From: Pseudoalteromonas tetraodonis
GTDB taxonomy: Bacteria; Pseudomonadota; Gammaproteobacteria; Enterobacterales; Alteromonadaceae
Length of the DNA: 32,000 bases
Direction: 5' to 3'
NCBI RefSeq assembly: GCF_002310835.1
Contig: NZ_CP011041.1
Coordinates: 690,001-722,000, forward strand
The position numbers and the translations under genes were made by a program. Shown one piece after another: positions 17,344 through 27,402 of this stretch; within the stretch, counting starts at the first letter, position 1, and every line of letters starts with the position of its first letter. The notes under the pieces were generated by a model. That model was not told the DNA's origin. It made no database searches and worked only from the letters and a program-made list of their open reading frames with translations.

Positions 17344-18396
17344 TTAGTAAGGCATTGGATTATTTCTAAATATAATATCAATCGCTGATAACACGTCATC
17401 GCTCAGTGTTAGGTCAAACGCATCAATGTCTTCCTTTAATTGCGCCATAGTAGTGGCACCAATAATAGATGATGTCACTCCATCAACTTGATTACTCCAA
17501 GCCAGCGCTAATTGAGCTGGGGTGATAGCGTGTGCATGGGCAAGTTCAACATACTCTTTGGTCGCCTGTTGTGATTGTGGCGTATCACGAAAAATACCGT
17601 TACGCTGCATAAATGTCCAGCGGGAGCCTTCAGGGCGTGCTCCATTTAGGTATTTACCGGTTAATAGCCCTGCGGCCAATGGTGACCAAGGTAAATAAGC
17701 AATATCTTCATGTACACATTGTTCTATTAAATAAGGCCAATCTTTGGCATGTACTAGGCTAAACTCGTTTTGGATAGACACCATTTTTGGCAAGTTATGC
17801 TCTTTTGATAAATTTAAAAATTGGCTAATTCCCCAAGGCGTATCATCAGAAAGCCCACAATGCTTAATTTTTCCTGCTTTAACACACGCATCTAACCCCT
17901 CTAAAATATCAAGCATATCAGCGGTGTGTTGTTTTGCATCGACATCAGTAAATTTAAGCATGCCAGGCCATTGCCTTGCAAAATGAGGAGTGCGACGATT
18001 TGGCCAATGTAATTGGTATAAGTCAATATAATCTGTTTGTAAGCGCTTTAGAGACTGATCAACGGCATCAATAACAGCTTGGCGAGTAATATCACCGCCA
18101 TCACGGATCCATGAAAGCCCATTACCGGCAATTTTAGTTGCAATAACAATGTCTTTTCGTTTTTGTGAATTACGTGCTATCCAATTGCCTATAATTTCTT
18201 CTGTTTTACCGTAGGTATCGGGAGAGGGAGGAACAGCATACATTTCTGCTGTATCAATAAAGTTCACACCCTGCTCAAGCGCATAGGCTATCTGTTGGTC
18301 GGCATCATGCTGAGTGTTTTGTACTCCCCAGGTCATGCTACCTAAACACACTCTTGAAACGCTAACACCACTACTGCCTAATTGACTATATTGCAT
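17344..18396 (-). CDS. tas: NADP(H)-dependent aldo-keto reductase, Tas-like
   Basis: Collinear similarity to E. coli Tas as I recall it (LGxMTxG, DTAEMY, LKRLQTDYIDLYQLHWP, LTGKYLNGARPEGSR, IGATTMAQLKEDI). 350 aa. Confidence 0.88.
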   Translation of the reverse strand: MQYSQLGSSGVSVSRVCLGSMTWGVQNTQHDADQQIAYALEQGVNFIDTAEMYAVPPSPDTYGKTEEIIGNWIARNSQKRKDIVIATKIAGNGLSWIRDGGDITRQAVIDAVDQSLKRLQTDYIDLYQLHWPNRRTPHFARQWPGMLKFTDVDAKQHTADMLDILEGLDACVKAGKIKHCGLSDDTPWGISQFLNLSKEHNLPKMVSIQNEFSLVHAKDWPYLIEQCVHEDIAYLPWSPLAAGLLTGKYLNGARPEGSRWTFMQRNGIFRDTPQSQQATKEYVELAHAHAITPAQLALAWSNQVDGVTSSIIGATTMAQLKEDIDAFDLTLSDDVLSAIDIIFRNNPMPY

Positions 18397-18408
18397 TGCT
18401 AATCCTAA

Positions 18409-18840
18409 TTATTCGGTTTGAGAGTTTGCTTTTAAAGCCGATAACAATGGCTCAGTGATCGTGGCTTTTTGGCCTGTTTTAAAGTCAAACATCACCACTT
18501 TTGACATGCCGGTGGTTGTTATCGCGTTTTGTGCATGACTAAACACACTGTAGTTCATTACAAAGCGGTCAGATTTAATATCACTAATGGTAATACCTAC
18601 GCTCAATGTGTCGGGAAAGGTAACTGGACGCTTATAGCGAATATTATTTTCACTGATCACAGGCCCCGTGGCTTTAGCATTAATAGTATCAAATAAATTT
18701 AATTTATTTAAAAAATCGATTCTGGCTATTTCAAAATAACGCAGGTAAACACAGTTATTAACATGCTGTAGGGCATCCATATCGCCCCATGCCACAGTGA
18801 TATCGGTATGAATAGGGTATTGTTGTTTAAACGTTTCCAT
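18409..18840 (-). CDS. Hotdog-fold acyl-CoA thioesterase (4HBT/YbgC-like)
   Basis: 143 aa. N-terminal pattern V.WGDMDALQHVNNCVYLRYFE is typical of 4HBT-type thioesterases. It lies 12 nt upstream of the AKR gene, so the two are probably co-transcribed. Confidence 0.75.
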   Translation of the reverse strand: METFKQQYPIHTDITVAWGDMDALQHVNNCVYLRYFEIARIDFLNKLNLFDTINAKATGPVISENNIRYKRPVTFPDTLSVGITISDIKSDRFVMNYSVFSHAQNAITTTGMSKVVMFDFKTGQKATITEPLLSALKANSQTE

Positions 18841-19156
18841 GTATTTATTGCTCTTAGTTTTAAAGCATTTAGATTAGCAATATGGTCGGATGAGCTCAAG
18901 GGAATTATAACTAGGGGTGGAGCTATTCTGTATTGCCCTCATGGATGTAAATAAGGGACGTAAGCAGGACATGGAAGCTTTGCGCCTTTTTTATTTAAAC
19001 AATTAGGCTATAAACCTCGCGCCGTGAGTAAACTGCCTCAGATTGAACAAACCTTAACCTTAAAAGAACAACAGTGCTAAATAAAAACCCTTGAGTAAAA
19101 ATTGTACCTCTTTAAATTCATGGCTATAGTAACTATTAACACACAAGGAGATAACT

Positions 19157-19333
19157 ATGCAGAATATAATTAATTGGTTATTGGCATGCACCGTTTTTAT
19201 AGCGTCGTTTACTTGTTACGCTATGGGTAATGAGGCTGGGGCAATTGTTTTGATTTTATTAGGCTTTTCTTTAGAAATTTTATTTTGGATGTATTGTTTT
19301 AATAAGCCAAAGAAAAGTAAACGCTCTTTTTAA
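19157..19333 (+). CDS. Unlisted 58-aa small membrane protein (two predicted TM helices and a basic tail)
   Basis: Hand translation: MQNIINWLLACTVFIASFTCYAMGNEAGAIVLILLGFSLEILFWMYCFNKPKKSKRSF. A strong AAGGAG SD (19145-19150) lies 6 nt before the ATG. A promoter-like TTGTAC-17 nt-TATAGT sits at 19102-19130. The ORF is below the length seen in the ORF track. Confidence 0.45.
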   Translation: MQNIINWLLACTVFIASFTCYAMGNEAGAIVLILLGFSLEILFWMYCFNKPKKSKRSF

Positions 19334-19376
19334 GCAATAACATGCTTGCTAATTAAAAGTGATTCCACAATAATGG

Positions 19377-19392
19377 CTGTATAAATAAACAG
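19377..19392. promoter_or_regulatory. LexA (SOS) box CTGTATAAATAAACAG upstream of dinB
   Basis: Perfect CTGT-N8-ACAG with an AT-rich spacer, 14 nt upstream of the dinB ATG. dinB is a classical SOS gene. Confidence 0.78.
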
Positions 19393-19405
19393 TTGTTATT
19401 GTGTG

Positions 19406-20461
19406 ATGAAAAAGTTTATTCATATAGATATGGACTGCTTTTATGCGGCCGTAGAAATGCGCGACAATCCTAAGCTTGCAAGCGTACCGCTGGCAATTGG
19501 CGGAAATAGTCGCCGTGGAGTGCTCTCTACCGCTAACTATATTGCTAGAGAGTATGGGGTGCGCTCTGCTATGTCTAACTATCATGCCAAACAGCTTTGC
19601 CCTGACTTAGTTATTGTGCCTGGCAGAATGGCTGTTTATAAACAAGTATCAACACAGATCCGCGCCATTTTTAACCGCTATACTGACCTTGTAGAACCTC
19701 TTTCGCTTGATGAAGCATATTTAGATGTGAGCCATAGTACTGCTTTTAAAGGTAGTGCAACGTTAATTGCTGAGCAAATTCGTACCGATATTTTTAATAC
19801 CACAGGACTGACTGCATCTGCAGGGATTGCCCCAATTAAATTTATAGCCAAAATTGCTAGTGATGAAAATAAGCCCAATGGCCAATTTGTAGTATTGCCT
19901 GAGCAGGTTGACTCGTTTTTAGCCCAATTGCCATTAGGTAAAATTCCAGGGGTGGGTAAAGTAACTCTAGAAAAGCTTAATTTAAAAGGGTTATACACGG
20001 GGCAAGATGTGCGCGAAAAAGGGGCTAATTGGATGCAACAGCATGTGGGTAATTTTGGTGTGTCGTTATATCAAAAGTGCATGGGTGAGCATATAGGGCG
20101 CGTTTCCACCGAGCGGGTACGTAAGTCATTGAGTGTGGAACATACTTATGAATACAACAAAAACAGCCTAGATGAATGCCTTGAACAATTACCGCAACTG
20201 TTAGATGAACTCGTGGTTCGATTAAATAAACAGCAACTACAACATAAAATTAATAAATTAAGTGTTAAAGTTAAATTTGCTAATTTTGTAGTGACCTCAG
20301 CAGATCAAGCTGCGCATCAATTAAACACGGCTATTTTTAAAGAGTTACTCGCCAAAGCCTATCAACGTGGATTACAACAACCGGTGCGCTTATTAGGAAT
20401 TGGCGTGGGTATTAAAAATCAACCAGAGCATAATTTACAGCTCAGTATTTTAGATGTGTAA
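19406..20461 (+). CDS. dinB: DNA polymerase IV (Y-family translesion polymerase)
   Basis: The N-terminus MKKFIHIDMDCFYAAVEMRDNPKLASVPLAIGG is almost collinear with E. coli DinB. SLDEAYLDV motif present. The track starts one codon earlier at GTG 19403. Confidence 0.95.
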   Translation: MKKFIHIDMDCFYAAVEMRDNPKLASVPLAIGGNSRRGVLSTANYIAREYGVRSAMSNYHAKQLCPDLVIVPGRMAVYKQVSTQIRAIFNRYTDLVEPLSLDEAYLDVSHSTAFKGSATLIAEQIRTDIFNTTGLTASAGIAPIKFIAKIASDENKPNGQFVVLPEQVDSFLAQLPLGKIPGVGKVTLEKLNLKGLYTGQDVREKGANWMQQHVGNFGVSLYQKCMGEHIGRVSTERVRKSLSVEHTYEYNKNSLDECLEQLPQLLDELVVRLNKQQLQHKINKLSVKVKFANFVVTSADQAAHQLNTAIFKELLAKAYQRGLQQPVRLLGIGVGIKNQPEHNLQLSILDV

Positions 20462-20571
20462 AACGTGTAACTCCAAGTTGCCAGTAAATATGCAGGTTAT
20501 CGCAGTTCACTGGTTATAAATTGCTAAATAAATAATAATAGGGACTACGTTTTCTAACAGGATCCTTTTTT

Positions 20572-22107
20572 ATGGCATATCCAAAAGCAGTACTGGCTAA
20601 GCCGGTAAGTGCAAGCCTAGATTGTACATCGCATGATGCACTTATTATTATCAGCAACGACTTTTCTCATTTACCAAATACGCCACTGCGTGATGCAATT
20701 TTAGACCAAGCCCAAGTAGACTCTCGCATAGGCAATCAAGTCACCTTGTTAGTGATTGCCGGTAAACGTGTCGTGTTAGCGCCAACAGGCCCTTTAAACA
20801 GAGATTATGACGACGTTCGTCGTTATTTTGATGCAGCCAAATTAGCCATTAATGAGGCAAAAGCATCAGGTAGTGTTAACCCTGCTATTTATTTACCCGC
20901 TTTAAATACGGATAGCCGTTATCAACATGCTCTTGAAGTGGCTTACTTGGGCGCATGCCAAGCATTATGGCAACCCCTAGAAGCGCGTGAGTTTCATGGT
21001 CAAGGTATTGAACCTATTACTCAAATAGGCTTAATTGATGCCAATGAGCAAACAATCAAAGCAGTCAATGCGTTAGCTGCGGGGCAATATGCCGCACGTG
21101 ATTTATGTGGCACCGAGCCTGAACGCATGGCCCCCCCACGTTTTGCTGATTATTGTACTGAGTTATTTGAAAACAGTGCGGTGAGCGTTGATGTGATTGA
21201 TGATTTAGCTGCCATTGATAAGCATTACCCCATGCTAAGTACCGTTGCTCGCGCATCATATGCGGTAGAGCGTCATCATCCACGCGTTGTTAAACTTGAA
21301 TACGTGCCTGAGGGCGAAGTAACCCGAACACTGATGTTTGTTGGTAAAGGTTTAGTCTATGACACGGGCGGTGCAGATTTAAAAGTCGGTGGTTTTATGG
21401 CGGGCATGAGCCGCGATAAAGGCGGTGCGGCCTCGGTTGCTGGATTTATGAAAGCAGTAGCCGATTATCAGCCTAAAGGGGTTAAAGTGATTGCCTTTTT
21501 AGCGGTTGTACGCAACTCTATTGGTTCAGATTGTTTTGTCCCTGATGAAATAATTACTAGCCGTGAAGGTGTGCGAGTACGTATTGGTAATACCGATGCC
21601 GAAGGGCGTTTAGCTATGGGGGATTTACTTAGTGAAATGAAAGATTTAGCTAAAAATGAAATAAATCCAACGTTGTTTACAGTGGCAACCTTAACAGGGC
21701 ACGCTGCGCGCGCGATGGGGCCTTATGGCGCATATGTTGAGAATGGCCCCGCGCGTAGTGCTAATATTTCACGCCAATTGGCCGATTGTGGTGATTTATG
21801 GGCTGACGGTGCTGAAGTGTCACGTTCACGCCGTGAAGATTATGATTTTATAAAACCACGCACTTTAGCTGACGATGTGCTTTCTAGTAATAATGCAGCT
21901 TCTGCTGTCACAGCGCGCGGCCATCAATTCCCTATGGCATTTTTAGCTGTGGTAGGTGGATTAGATAAGCATGGCAGTGAATCTACTTTACCACTTCCTT
22001 ATGTACATATGGATATTGCTGGTAGTGGCGTTGAAGGCGGTGACTGGCAACATGGTAAACCAACTGCAGCGTCAGTAAGCAGTTTATTTGCCCGCTATTG
22101 TTTATAA
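20572..22107 (+). CDS. M17-family (leucyl aminopeptidase-like) metallopeptidase
   Basis: M17 signature NTDAEGRLAMGDLL. Metal-binding region VGKGLVYDTGGADLK. 511 aa. Confidence 0.85.
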   Translation: MAYPKAVLAKPVSASLDCTSHDALIIISNDFSHLPNTPLRDAILDQAQVDSRIGNQVTLLVIAGKRVVLAPTGPLNRDYDDVRRYFDAAKLAINEAKASGSVNPAIYLPALNTDSRYQHALEVAYLGACQALWQPLEAREFHGQGIEPITQIGLIDANEQTIKAVNALAAGQYAARDLCGTEPERMAPPRFADYCTELFENSAVSVDVIDDLAAIDKHYPMLSTVARASYAVERHHPRVVKLEYVPEGEVTRTLMFVGKGLVYDTGGADLKVGGFMAGMSRDKGGAASVAGFMKAVADYQPKGVKVIAFLAVVRNSIGSDCFVPDEIITSREGVRVRIGNTDAEGRLAMGDLLSEMKDLAKNEINPTLFTVATLTGHAARAMGPYGAYVENGPARSANISRQLADCGDLWADGAEVSRSRREDYDFIKPRTLADDVLSSNNAASAVTARGHQFPMAFLAVVGGLDKHGSESTLPLPYVHMDIAGSGVEGGDWQHGKPTAASVSSLFARYCL

Positions 22108-22125
22108 CTCCCTATAAATAATCCT

Positions 22126-22152
22126 AAAAAGCCCTGAAAATCAGGGCTTTTT
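22126..22152. terminator. Bidirectional rho-independent terminator (AAAAAGCCCTGA-AAA-TCAGGGCTTTTT)
   Basis: Perfect 12-bp stem with an A-tract and a T-tract on either side. It lies between the convergent M17 peptidase and MCP genes. Confidence 0.75.
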
Positions 22153-22187
22153 AATTGGTGGAAGATATTTATTATCCGGAGTTAAGG

Positions 22188-23831
22188 TTAACTAAGCTTA
22201 AAGCGCGATACCACGCTTGATAACTCAACACTGCTTTGTTTGAGTTTGTCGCTAGCGCGAGTTAAATCTTTGGTGTTACCCAATGATTGCTCTGTAGATT
22301 GTGATAAATCGTTAATTCTTAAATTCACCTCGTCTGCGGCTGATGTTTGCTGCTCTGTGGCGCGAGCAATTTGGCCGTTCATATCGGTGATCACCGATAC
22401 CAGCCTGTCTATTTCATCAAGTGATGCATTAGCTGAAGAGGCTTGTTCAACCGTAGAAATAGAAATCTCTTGGCTAGATTTTACCGCTTCAACTGCAGCT
22501 TTAGCCCCTTCTTGCAGCTTAGCTATCATAGCTTGAATCTCATCAGTGCTTTTACCTGTCCGGCTGGCAAGTGTTCTTACTTCGTCGGCTACAACTGCAA
22601 AGCCTCTTCCATGTTCACCTGCTCTTGCAGCTTCAATAGCTGCGTTTAGCGCTAACAGATTGGTTTGTTCAGCAATGCTTCTAATAACATCAAGTACCGA
22701 GCCAATATTATTACTCTCTTGAGCAAGGTCGGCGGTCACTTTGCTCACGGTTTCTATATTACTAGAGAGGGTTTCAATGGCGGTAATGGTTTTCGACACT
22801 ACATTTTTACCCGTTGATGCATTACTAGCAGCATCATTTGCGGCTTGCTCAGCAGCTTCGGCATTACGGCTAACATCATGAATTTGATGAGTCATTTGCT
22901 CCATTGCCGCGGCTACTTGGGTTGAGCTGTCGTTTTGAAGTTCAATGAATGATTGGCTGGTTTTGCTAGAATCATCGACTGCATGGGCATGCTCGTTTAC
23001 ATCGTTTGCGCTTTTGGCAACCAGCACCAAAGACTCCCTAATTTTAGAGACAAACAAGTTAAATGACCGCGACAGCTGAGATATTTCATCATTGCCATTT
23101 TCGTTGAGAGTACGGGTTAAATCCCCCTCACCTTGAGATATATCTTTCATCATTTCAGCTGCTAAACGAGTCGGCGTTAAAATACTGCGACCAATAAAGT
23201 AGCTAAAAAGTACGACAACGACGATCATAATCATTACATTGATAACGATAATAGTACGTTGCTGCGAAAAGGTGTTGTCTATGGTATCAAGGTAAACGCC
23301 CGAGCCGATGATCCATTGCCATTGATTAAAGCCTTTTACATACGCAATTTTATCTACGGGTTTGTCGCTGCCGGGTTTTGGCCACTTGTAAGGCACATAG
23401 CCTTCGCCGGATTTTTTAACAACATCAACCATTTCAACAAACAAAGGGGTGCCATCAGGGTCTTTATTATTCGTTAAATCTTTCCCTTCAAGGGCTGGTT
23501 TAATTGGGTGCATTACCATGGCTGGCTGATAATTGTTGATCCAAAAATAGTTAGTATCATCGTAACGCAATGAGCGTATTGAGGCCATCGCTTGAGATTG
23601 TGCTTGTGCACGAGTGAGTGTTTGACTTTGTTCAAGCGCTGCGTAGTGTGTAATGATGCTATAAGCAGTTTCCACCACATTTTTAGTTTTTAGATATTGC
23701 TCATTTTTAAGCGATTTATATTGATTACTTAAACTCGAAATACTCAATACAATTAAACCAAAAATTACAATCCCTACTAAAATGGCTAAACGTTGAAATA
23801 TAGTAAAACGACGGAGGTTTGGCATATGCAT
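22188..23831 (-). CDS. Methyl-accepting chemotaxis protein with a single-Cache (sCache_2-like) periplasmic sensor, HAMP and MCP signalling domain
   Basis: TM1, a periplasmic region of about 160 aa ([25 protein letters not shown]...[10 protein letters not shown]) and TM2. HAMP region. Conserved hairpin [37 protein letters not shown]. The second ATG (23825) has better SD spacing. Confidence 0.9.
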   Translation of the reverse strand: MHMPNLRRFTIFQRLAILVGIVIFGLIVLSISSLSNQYKSLKNEQYLKTKNVVETAYSIITHYAALEQSQTLTRAQAQSQAMASIRSLRYDDTNYFWINNYQPAMVMHPIKPALEGKDLTNNKDPDGTPLFVEMVDVVKKSGEGYVPYKWPKPGSDKPVDKIAYVKGFNQWQWIIGSGVYLDTIDNTFSQQRTIIVINVMIMIVVVVLFSYFIGRSILTPTRLAAEMMKDISQGEGDLTRTLNENGNDEISQLSRSFNLFVSKIRESLVLVAKSANDVNEHAHAVDDSSKTSQSFIELQNDSSTQVAAAMEQMTHQIHDVSRNAEAAEQAANDAASNASTGKNVVSKTITAIETLSSNIETVSKVTADLAQESNNIGSVLDVIRSIAEQTNLLALNAAIEAARAGEHGRGFAVVADEVRTLASRTGKSTDEIQAMIAKLQEGAKAAVEAVKSSQEISISTVEQASSANASLDEIDRLVSVITDMNGQIARATEQQTSAADEVNLRINDLSQSTEQSLGNTKDLTRASDKLKQSSVELSSVVSRFKLS

Positions 23832-24043
23832 GTTCCCGTATTAGAGCATTACTTCTCTTAAATAAGCATAGTTAAAATATAGGCTAATACGGTTTTATTT
23901 TCCTTATATTGTATTTTTAATACTCTCTTTATTAACTAGTTTGCGTAAATACAATAAAAAGGATAGGCCGAACTTTTACTTAACGGGTGCTTATAATGAA
24001 TTTAATTATTGTTTGTTGACGTTTCAATATAGCTTATCTGCAT

Positions 24044-24073
24044 AAAAAAAGGCTGATACTTATATCAGCCTTT
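24044..24073 (-). terminator. Rho-independent terminator of the DPP-IV gene
   Basis: Stem AAAGGCTGATA / TATCAGCCTTT with a 4-nt loop. On the minus strand it is followed by a run of 7 T. It lies 26 nt after the stop codon. Confidence 0.75.
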
Positions 24074-24098
24074 AGTCGAATAATTAACCCAGTTTTAG

Positions 24099-26324
24099 TT
24101 ACTTTATATTAAAATTACGGTTAAAGAAGTTTGTAATAGTTTGATGTAAATGAGTTTGAACTTGTTTACCGCGAAGGCTATGTTTTGAGCCCGGGTAAGT
24201 CATCATTTCAAACTGTTGATTGTTATCTTGCAGCTGTTTAAACAATTTAGTGGCATGGGTAAATAATACGTTGTCATCGGCCATGCCATGGTAAATCATT
24301 AATGGGCCTTTTAAGCCTTCAGCGTATGGGAACACAGCACTGTCGATATAGCCTTGGGCATTAGTATCTGGGTGACCCAAATAGCGCTCGGTGTAATGGG
24401 TGTCGTATAGAGCCCAGTCGGTAACCGGAGCACCAGATACACCCGCGCTAAAGTAATCGCCTGCTTTAAACATAGTCATCAGCGCCATATAACCACCGTA
24501 GCTGTGGCCATAAATACCAATGCGAGCAGGGTCTACGTAATCAAGGGTACGTAAAAACTCAACGCCTTTGATTTGATCCGCCACTTCTACAACGCCTAAG
24601 TGCTTATAAATTGCATCTTCAAACTTTTTACCGCGATTGTAAGAGCCTCGGTTATCAAGTTGAAAAATTACATAACCTTGTTGCGCCATGTATTGAAAAT
24701 ATAAATTTTTACTGCGCCAGCTATTGGTTACTCGCTGAGCATGAGGACCACCGTAAACGTTGACAATAACCGGATGCTTTTTACCCTTTGCCATATTTGC
24801 TGGTTTAAATAAACGGTAATGCATAATTTGGCCGTCTTCAGCGGTAATTGTTCCGTATTCGGGCTGGGCTAAATCAGTTAGATACGGGGTAAGTGGGTGA
24901 GAGTCATCAAGCTTATTCTCTTCAAGCCACGTAATAAACTCACCATTAATTTTGCGCAGTGCAGCTGAATTTGGCTTATTAACCGATGAGCTATTATCAA
25001 TGAAAGTTTTATTATCTTTAGCTAGAACGACATTATGGTATTGGCCTTTTTCAGTAATGCGCTTCATACCCCCTTTTTTAAATAAAGGCGCACTGTATAA
25101 ATGGCTCTCTAGCGGGGTATCTTTACGTGCAGCAAAGTAAACAACGCCATTTTTTTCATCTATCCCTTTTAGGCTATCTACGATCCAATCACCTGCGGTA
25201 ATCTGGCGGATAAGTTGGCCGTTATTACGATATAAATAAAGGTGCTTAAATCCATCGCGCTCTGAGGCCCATACAAAATGCTTTTTATCTTTTAAAAATT
25301 CAAGGTCAAAATGCAAGTTGATCCAGGTATCACTTTTTTCAGTTAAAGCAACGGTTTGCTGTTTTGTTTTAGTGTTGTAAAAACGTAGTTCTAAGTTATG
25401 TTGCGAGCGGTTTTGCCATTGATAAGAGAGCGTATTGCTGTCGTTTCGCCACTTAGCGCGGGCAATATAAATATCTTTATCGTCGCCTAAGTCAATCCAG
25501 TCAACTGCTTGATCATTAAGCTTTACCACCCCAAGTTGAATGTCAACATTATTGGTGCCAGTAAATGGATAACGCTGGTTAAATAGTTTTACTTCATCAG
25601 CATAAATTTCGTTACGAATCGCTTCTTGAACAGGGCTTTCATCAACGCGAGTAAAGGCGATTTTAGATTCATCATTTGCCCACCAATAACCGGTCATACG
25701 GCTCATTTCTTCTTGCGCCACAAATTCTGCCATGCCGTTTTTAATTACGCCACCGCCATCTTTACTTAACTGAATTTCTTTACCTGAAGCCAGCTCTAGT
25801 GCATATAGGTTTTGCTCTCGGATAAAGGATACGAAATTTCCTTTTGGAGAAAAACGCGCATCGGTTTCAAATGCGTCTGTGTTAGTCAGCTTTTTACTAT
25901 TTTTAGCATCTAAGTCATAGTAATAAAGATCGCCATTAAGAGGGAATAACAGTGCTTTCCCATCTTTTGACCATTTATATTCAAGGATACCTTTTCCAAA
26001 AATACGTTGGCGTTCGCGGCGTGCTTTTTCTTCATCGGAGAGATTTTCTGGGCCTGAAAATAACTGCGCCGAATCAACTAACAACCGGTTGGTATTATCT
26101 TTTAAATTATATTCCCATAAATCGTAGCGGTTATAGTCATCGGTTTTACCTTGTAAGTAGGTAACCCGGCTACCATCAGGCGAAAACTTAAGTTGTACCG
26201 GAGATTTGCCTGCTAAGCTCGGATCATCAAATATACGCTCAAGCGTTAGCGGCTCAGCTTCTGCGCTTAATGCGCCCGCGAGTAGGGGAATTGCCAGTGA
26301 GAGGTGTTTTAGTTTTTTTAACAC
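24099..26324 (-). CDS. Secreted dipeptidyl peptidase IV (S9B prolyl dipeptidyl peptidase)
   Basis: Signal peptide. N-terminal DPP-IV beta-propeller region. Catalytic Ser in GIYGHSYGGYM, Asp in HGMADDNV, His in GSKHSL. 741 aa. Confidence 0.9.
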   Translation of the reverse strand: MLKKLKHLSLAIPLLAGALSAEAEPLTLERIFDDPSLAGKSPVQLKFSPDGSRVTYLQGKTDDYNRYDLWEYNLKDNTNRLLVDSAQLFSGPENLSDEEKARRERQRIFGKGILEYKWSKDGKALLFPLNGDLYYYDLDAKNSKKLTNTDAFETDARFSPKGNFVSFIREQNLYALELASGKEIQLSKDGGGVIKNGMAEFVAQEEMSRMTGYWWANDESKIAFTRVDESPVQEAIRNEIYADEVKLFNQRYPFTGTNNVDIQLGVVKLNDQAVDWIDLGDDKDIYIARAKWRNDSNTLSYQWQNRSQHNLELRFYNTKTKQQTVALTEKSDTWINLHFDLEFLKDKKHFVWASERDGFKHLYLYRNNGQLIRQITAGDWIVDSLKGIDEKNGVVYFAARKDTPLESHLYSAPLFKKGGMKRITEKGQYHNVVLAKDNKTFIDNSSSVNKPNSAALRKINGEFITWLEENKLDDSHPLTPYLTDLAQPEYGTITAEDGQIMHYRLFKPANMAKGKKHPVIVNVYGGPHAQRVTNSWRSKNLYFQYMAQQGYVIFQLDNRGSYNRGKKFEDAIYKHLGVVEVADQIKGVEFLRTLDYVDPARIGIYGHSYGGYMALMTMFKAGDYFSAGVSGAPVTDWALYDTHYTERYLGHPDTNAQGYIDSAVFPYAEGLKGPLMIYHGMADDNVLFTHATKLFKQLQDNNQQFEMMTYPGSKHSLRGKQVQTHLHQTITNFFNRNFNIK

Positions 26325-26431
26325 AGGATTGCCTTTACTTACATAAAATTATCTCGATGGTAAAGCACAAGCGTGTGCAACTGCAACTAAATGCTATAAA
26401 GTGTGCGGTAAAATAATCTAAGGACTTTAAC

Positions 26432-26830
26432 ATGAGCAAAACATCATTTACCTTAGCACCTGAACTGAAAAGAGATTGTATTGAACTGACTGATTGGCCA
26501 CTTTGTAAGGTGTTGCTATTAAACGACAGCCAATATCCTTGGTTTGTATTGGTCCCCAGAATAGCGGGTTTAAAAGAGATTATTGATTTAACCGAGCAGC
26601 AACAAATTACTTATTTACACGAGTCAGCGAAACTCAGTCATTTGTTAATGGAGGTGTTTAATCCTGATAAGTTAAATGTAGCCGCATTGGGTAATATGGT
26701 GCCACAACTACATATTCATCATATCGCGCGTTTTAAAACAGATATTGCGTGGCCTGCGCCGGTATGGGGCAAGTTTCCGAGTGTGCCTTATACTCATGAG
26801 CAGATAGAGCAATTAAAAGCGCATTTTTAA
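26432..26830 (+). CDS. HIT (histidine triad) family protein
   Basis: 132 aa. Triad region NMVPQLHIHHIARF. AAGGA SD. Confidence 0.8.
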   Translation: MSKTSFTLAPELKRDCIELTDWPLCKVLLLNDSQYPWFVLVPRIAGLKEIIDLTEQQQITYLHESAKLSHLLMEVFNPDKLNVAALGNMVPQLHIHHIARFKTDIAWPAPVWGKFPSVPYTHEQIEQLKAHF

Positions 26831-26861
26831 AAATCAAAATGAGTTACTTTGAGGGGATAGT

Positions 26862-27392
26862 ATGAAATTAATCAAACAACTCTGTACAAGTGTATTTATT
26901 GCAGCCATTGCAGTGTCAGCAGTGATAGCGGGCGAGCAGCCAGTAGCTATAGATGTGGTAAATAACGCTAATATTAAAAACTTTGCAGCACATAACAACT
27001 TAGTTTTTTCAGCAGCGCAACCGACTGATGAGCAGTTTAAGCAACTGTCACAAGCTAATGTTAAGCATGTTATTAATTTACGTGCAGCAGATGAGCAAGA
27101 CTGGGATGAAGGCGCGTTAGTCAATTCTTTAGGAATGAATTACCACGCAATTGAGATTGCAGGTGCACAAGATGTAAACATCGACAATACAAAACGATTA
27201 GCTAGCCTTTTAGAAGAACTTAAAGGTGAGTCAGTGGTTGTTCATTGTGCGAGCAGTAATCGTGTTGGTGCGCTAATGGCTATTTCAGCTCATCAACAAG
27301 GTGCAGATATAGAGTCTGCGATTGAAACCGGAAAGCAGTGGGGAATGGCAAGCCTTGAGCCGGTTGTTCGTAAAGTGATGAGTGATAAATAA
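26862..27392 (+). CDS. Secreted DUF442 / BLH-type phosphatase-fold protein (Cys-X4-Arg P-loop)
   Basis: Signal peptide. Pattern SAAQPTDEQFKQL..VKHVINLR...YHAIEI...VVVHCASSNRVGAL is typical of the DUF442 (TIGR01244-like) dual-specificity-phosphatase fold. Confidence 0.65.
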   Translation: MKLIKQLCTSVFIAAIAVSAVIAGEQPVAIDVVNNANIKNFAAHNNLVFSAAQPTDEQFKQLSQANVKHVINLRAADEQDWDEGALVNSLGMNYHAIEIAGAQDVNIDNTKRLASLLEELKGESVVVHCASSNRVGALMAISAHQQGADIESAIETGKQWGMASLEPVVRKVMSDK

Positions 27393-27402
27393 TTCAAATA
27401 AT

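Noticed and set aside
18841-19140. 300-bp spacer upstream of the thioesterase gene with short broken reading frames, for example MDVNKGRKQDMEALRLFYLNN(stop), then in another frame LGYKPRAVSKLPQIEQTLTLKEQQC. Considered as a pseudogene remnant or ncRNA.
   Set aside because: I could not recognise any protein family in the fragments. There is no stable hairpin or terminator and no tRNA, tmRNA or riboswitch-like signature. It cannot be supported without a database search (blastx or Rfam would settle it).
20511-20524. Sigma-54-like element TGGTTATAAATTGC upstream of the M17 peptidase gene
   Set aside because: The GG-to-GC spacing is N9, not the required N10, and the -24 element is TGGTTA rather than TGGCAC. 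Other TGGCAC occurrences (about 2869, 3176, 16244 and 28047) are intragenic and lack a correctly spaced TTGC.
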